Source: Nitrososphaeraceae archaeon
GTDB lineage: Archaea; Thermoproteota; Nitrososphaeria; Nitrososphaerales; Nitrososphaeraceae
NCBI GenBank assembly: GCA_035297365.1
Contig: DATGZA010000014.1
Coordinates: forward strand, 96,001-160,000
DNA length: 64,000 bases
Direction: 5' to 3'
Shown here: positions 62,366-64,000 of the stretch, piece by piece
Layout: every line of letters begins with the position of its first letter
Position numbering within the stretch: the first letter of the stretch is position 1
The notes under the pieces: model-generated
Seen by the model: only the letters and a program-made list of their open reading frames with translations
Told to the model about the DNA's origin: nothing
Databases searched by the model: none
Made by a program: the position numbers and the translations under genes

Positions 62366-62887
62366 TTGGACGAATACTCTTTCATAGCTGATGCGATGTT
62401 AGGTAAAATTGCAAGAAAATTAAGGATGTTTGGTTATGATACCGTCTATGAATCGAATGTAAAAGATGACTATTTTATATTTCCAGAAGTTCATACTAAG
62501 AGAATAATATTAACAAGTGACAAAGAATTGTTTAATAGATGTAGGAAAAAAAGTCTTAGCATAATTTTGCTTAATAAGAAAACTGAATTTGAAAATTTAG
62601 TAACAATTTTTTTATCCTTAAAAGTAAAATATATAGATCCAAACCTTTCTTTTTCCCGCTGTACAGTTTGTAATGGTTTATTAGGTGTTGTTGATAATGA
62701 TAATATTTTTTTTGATGCAAATCATACATTACCTAAATTAAATAATATTAAAGAATTTTACCAGTGTAAAATCTGTAAAAAAATTTACTGGAAAGGAAGT
62801 CATGTGAATAATATACTATATTTAATTAAAAAAATAAATACAGAACTTTCAAGTCAAAAAAGTACTGGAACAACTCTTTTCATGTGA
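62366..62887 (+). CDS. Mut7-C RNase domain protein
   Basis: DAMLGKIARKLR..GYD, RC..CNG, C..C.KIYW.GSH. Confidence 0.9.
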   Translation: MDEYSFIADAMLGKIARKLRMFGYDTVYESNVKDDYFIFPEVHTKRIILTSDKELFNRCRKKSLSIILLNKKTEFENLVTIFLSLKVKYIDPNLSFSRCTVCNGLLGVVDNDNIFFDANHTLPKLNNIKEFYQCKICKKIYWKGSHVNNILYLIKKINTELSSQKSTGTTLFM

Positions 62888-63174
62888 ACTATTTGGTCGT
62901 ATTCCCTAATTAGGTTTTGATATTGATGTTTATTACTTTTTTTACGTATTTATTAATTAAATCCACAATCATTCCAACTGCTAAAAACATACCATAAGGA
63001 AACCATGTTTACAATTTTTATCTCGTTTTTATAAGAGATGAATATGTATATCCAGGTATAAAGATGTAAATTATGGGAAAATTTATGCGCCAAATCAAAA
63101 GTAGATTAGCTACTAAATCAAATATGTTTCTATATATAATAACGATTATCACTGGGATCGTTTACGATCATTTC

Positions 63175-63855
63175 TTATTTGTATAATTTGATTCGTAACA
63201 GTTCATAAGCCTTTGCCGCATCCCCTTCACTGATTATTAAAACTATTTCATTTGGAGTAAATAATGCATTATGTAATAAAATTTGATTATCATAAAGAAT
63301 ATTTGAAATCATCGATAATAGTTGGTATGTTTTTTTAAATTCTGTTTCAGACCAAGGCAACGTAATATTTATCATGGATATTCCTTCTTTAATTGTGTCA
63401 GGTTGGTTTTTTAATTCATCTCTAAAAATTTTCTTGATCTCATTAATATTTTCAACAAATAATTTAATATGGTTTTTTGTTTGGAAAAAATTAAATCGAA
63501 TATCGGAGTCTTTGTCAAAAAGATCTAAAATTCTTTCCATATTTTCAATTTCCATTCCAAAATTCACATCAAGTATACTTCCAGTTAATGATATTCTTGC
63601 ACCTTTGATTGATTCTAAATTGTCATTAGACACATAAGATTCCTCTCCTTGAATCAGATCAGCAAATCTTTTTATTCCCACTACAATTGTATTGATGTTT
63701 ACCTCCGACTTTGTCATCTTCTCCACTTCAGGTTTTATCTTTATAGCTAAGGCAGTGTAATTAGCAATACCTGTCTTTAGTGCCTTTATATAAAGATTGT
63801 TAGAATATAGTATCTCTCTAATAGCATGAGAAACGCTAGGTATTCTTGAGTACAT
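63175..63855 (-). CDS. conserved archaeal protein with C-terminal ACT-like domain
   Basis: GIANYTALA..IKP, NTIVV.IKR; C-terminal beta/alpha domain. Confidence 0.75.
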   Translation of the reverse strand: MYSRIPSVSHAIREILYSNNLYIKALKTGIANYTALAIKIKPEVEKMTKSEVNINTIVVGIKRFADLIQGEESYVSNDNLESIKGARISLTGSILDVNFGMEIENMERILDLFDKDSDIRFNFFQTKNHIKLFVENINEIKKIFRDELKNQPDTIKEGISMINITLPWSETEFKKTYQLLSMISNILYDNQILLHNALFTPNEIVLIISEGDAAKAYELLRIKLYK

Positions 63856-63929
63856 ATTTATTACATAATGAAATATATATTACATCAATTTATTCTTAAT
63901 TTATTTTTGTTTCATAGCCAATTTCTATT

Positions 63930-64000
63930 TTATTGAATATTCTTTTCTTCTTCCTTGATTGTCTTGCAGCATCTTCCATAAGGAATAGGGTGTCCATGTG
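63930..64000 (-). CDS. C-terminus of probable DtxR/MntR-family metal-dependent regulator (partial)
   Basis: (P)HGHPIPYGRCCKTIKEEEKNIQ* resembles the CPHGxPIP motif. Confidence 0.55.
   Translation of the reverse strand, partial: HGHPIPYGRCCKTIKEEEKNIQ

Overview
AT-rich chromosomal window of an ammonia-oxidising archaeon, probably Nitrososphaeraceae (Nitrosocosmicus-like; inferred from the gene set and protein sequences). Most of it is housekeeping: rpoB/rpoH/rpoP, intron-containing tRNA-His, tyw1, kae1/bud32, rdgB, ZnuBC-type ABC transporter, ppa, cdvC/Vps4, tsr3, RNase P RNA, Sec61beta, aIF1, TFB, the CoA operon (PoK-PPS-panB-coaBC), egsA, a beta-CASP ribonuclease, Lhr and RPA. The main accessory feature is a ~7 kb decaying integrative element (29173-36197) whose 20-bp att direct repeat is the 3' end of the RNase P RNA gene, not a tRNA; a third, degenerate att copy follows it. 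The element carries a broken tyrosine-integrase gene, orphan cargo, and a duplicated promoter+RHH-like module with the same in-frame TGA in both copies, each leading into a different cargo gene. Also notable are a PurF paralogue lacking its catalytic residues, several fossil IS630/IS6/IS5 transposases in apparently intergenic DNA, and several short genes absent from the ORF track. All family calls come from motif recognition by eye, not database searches.
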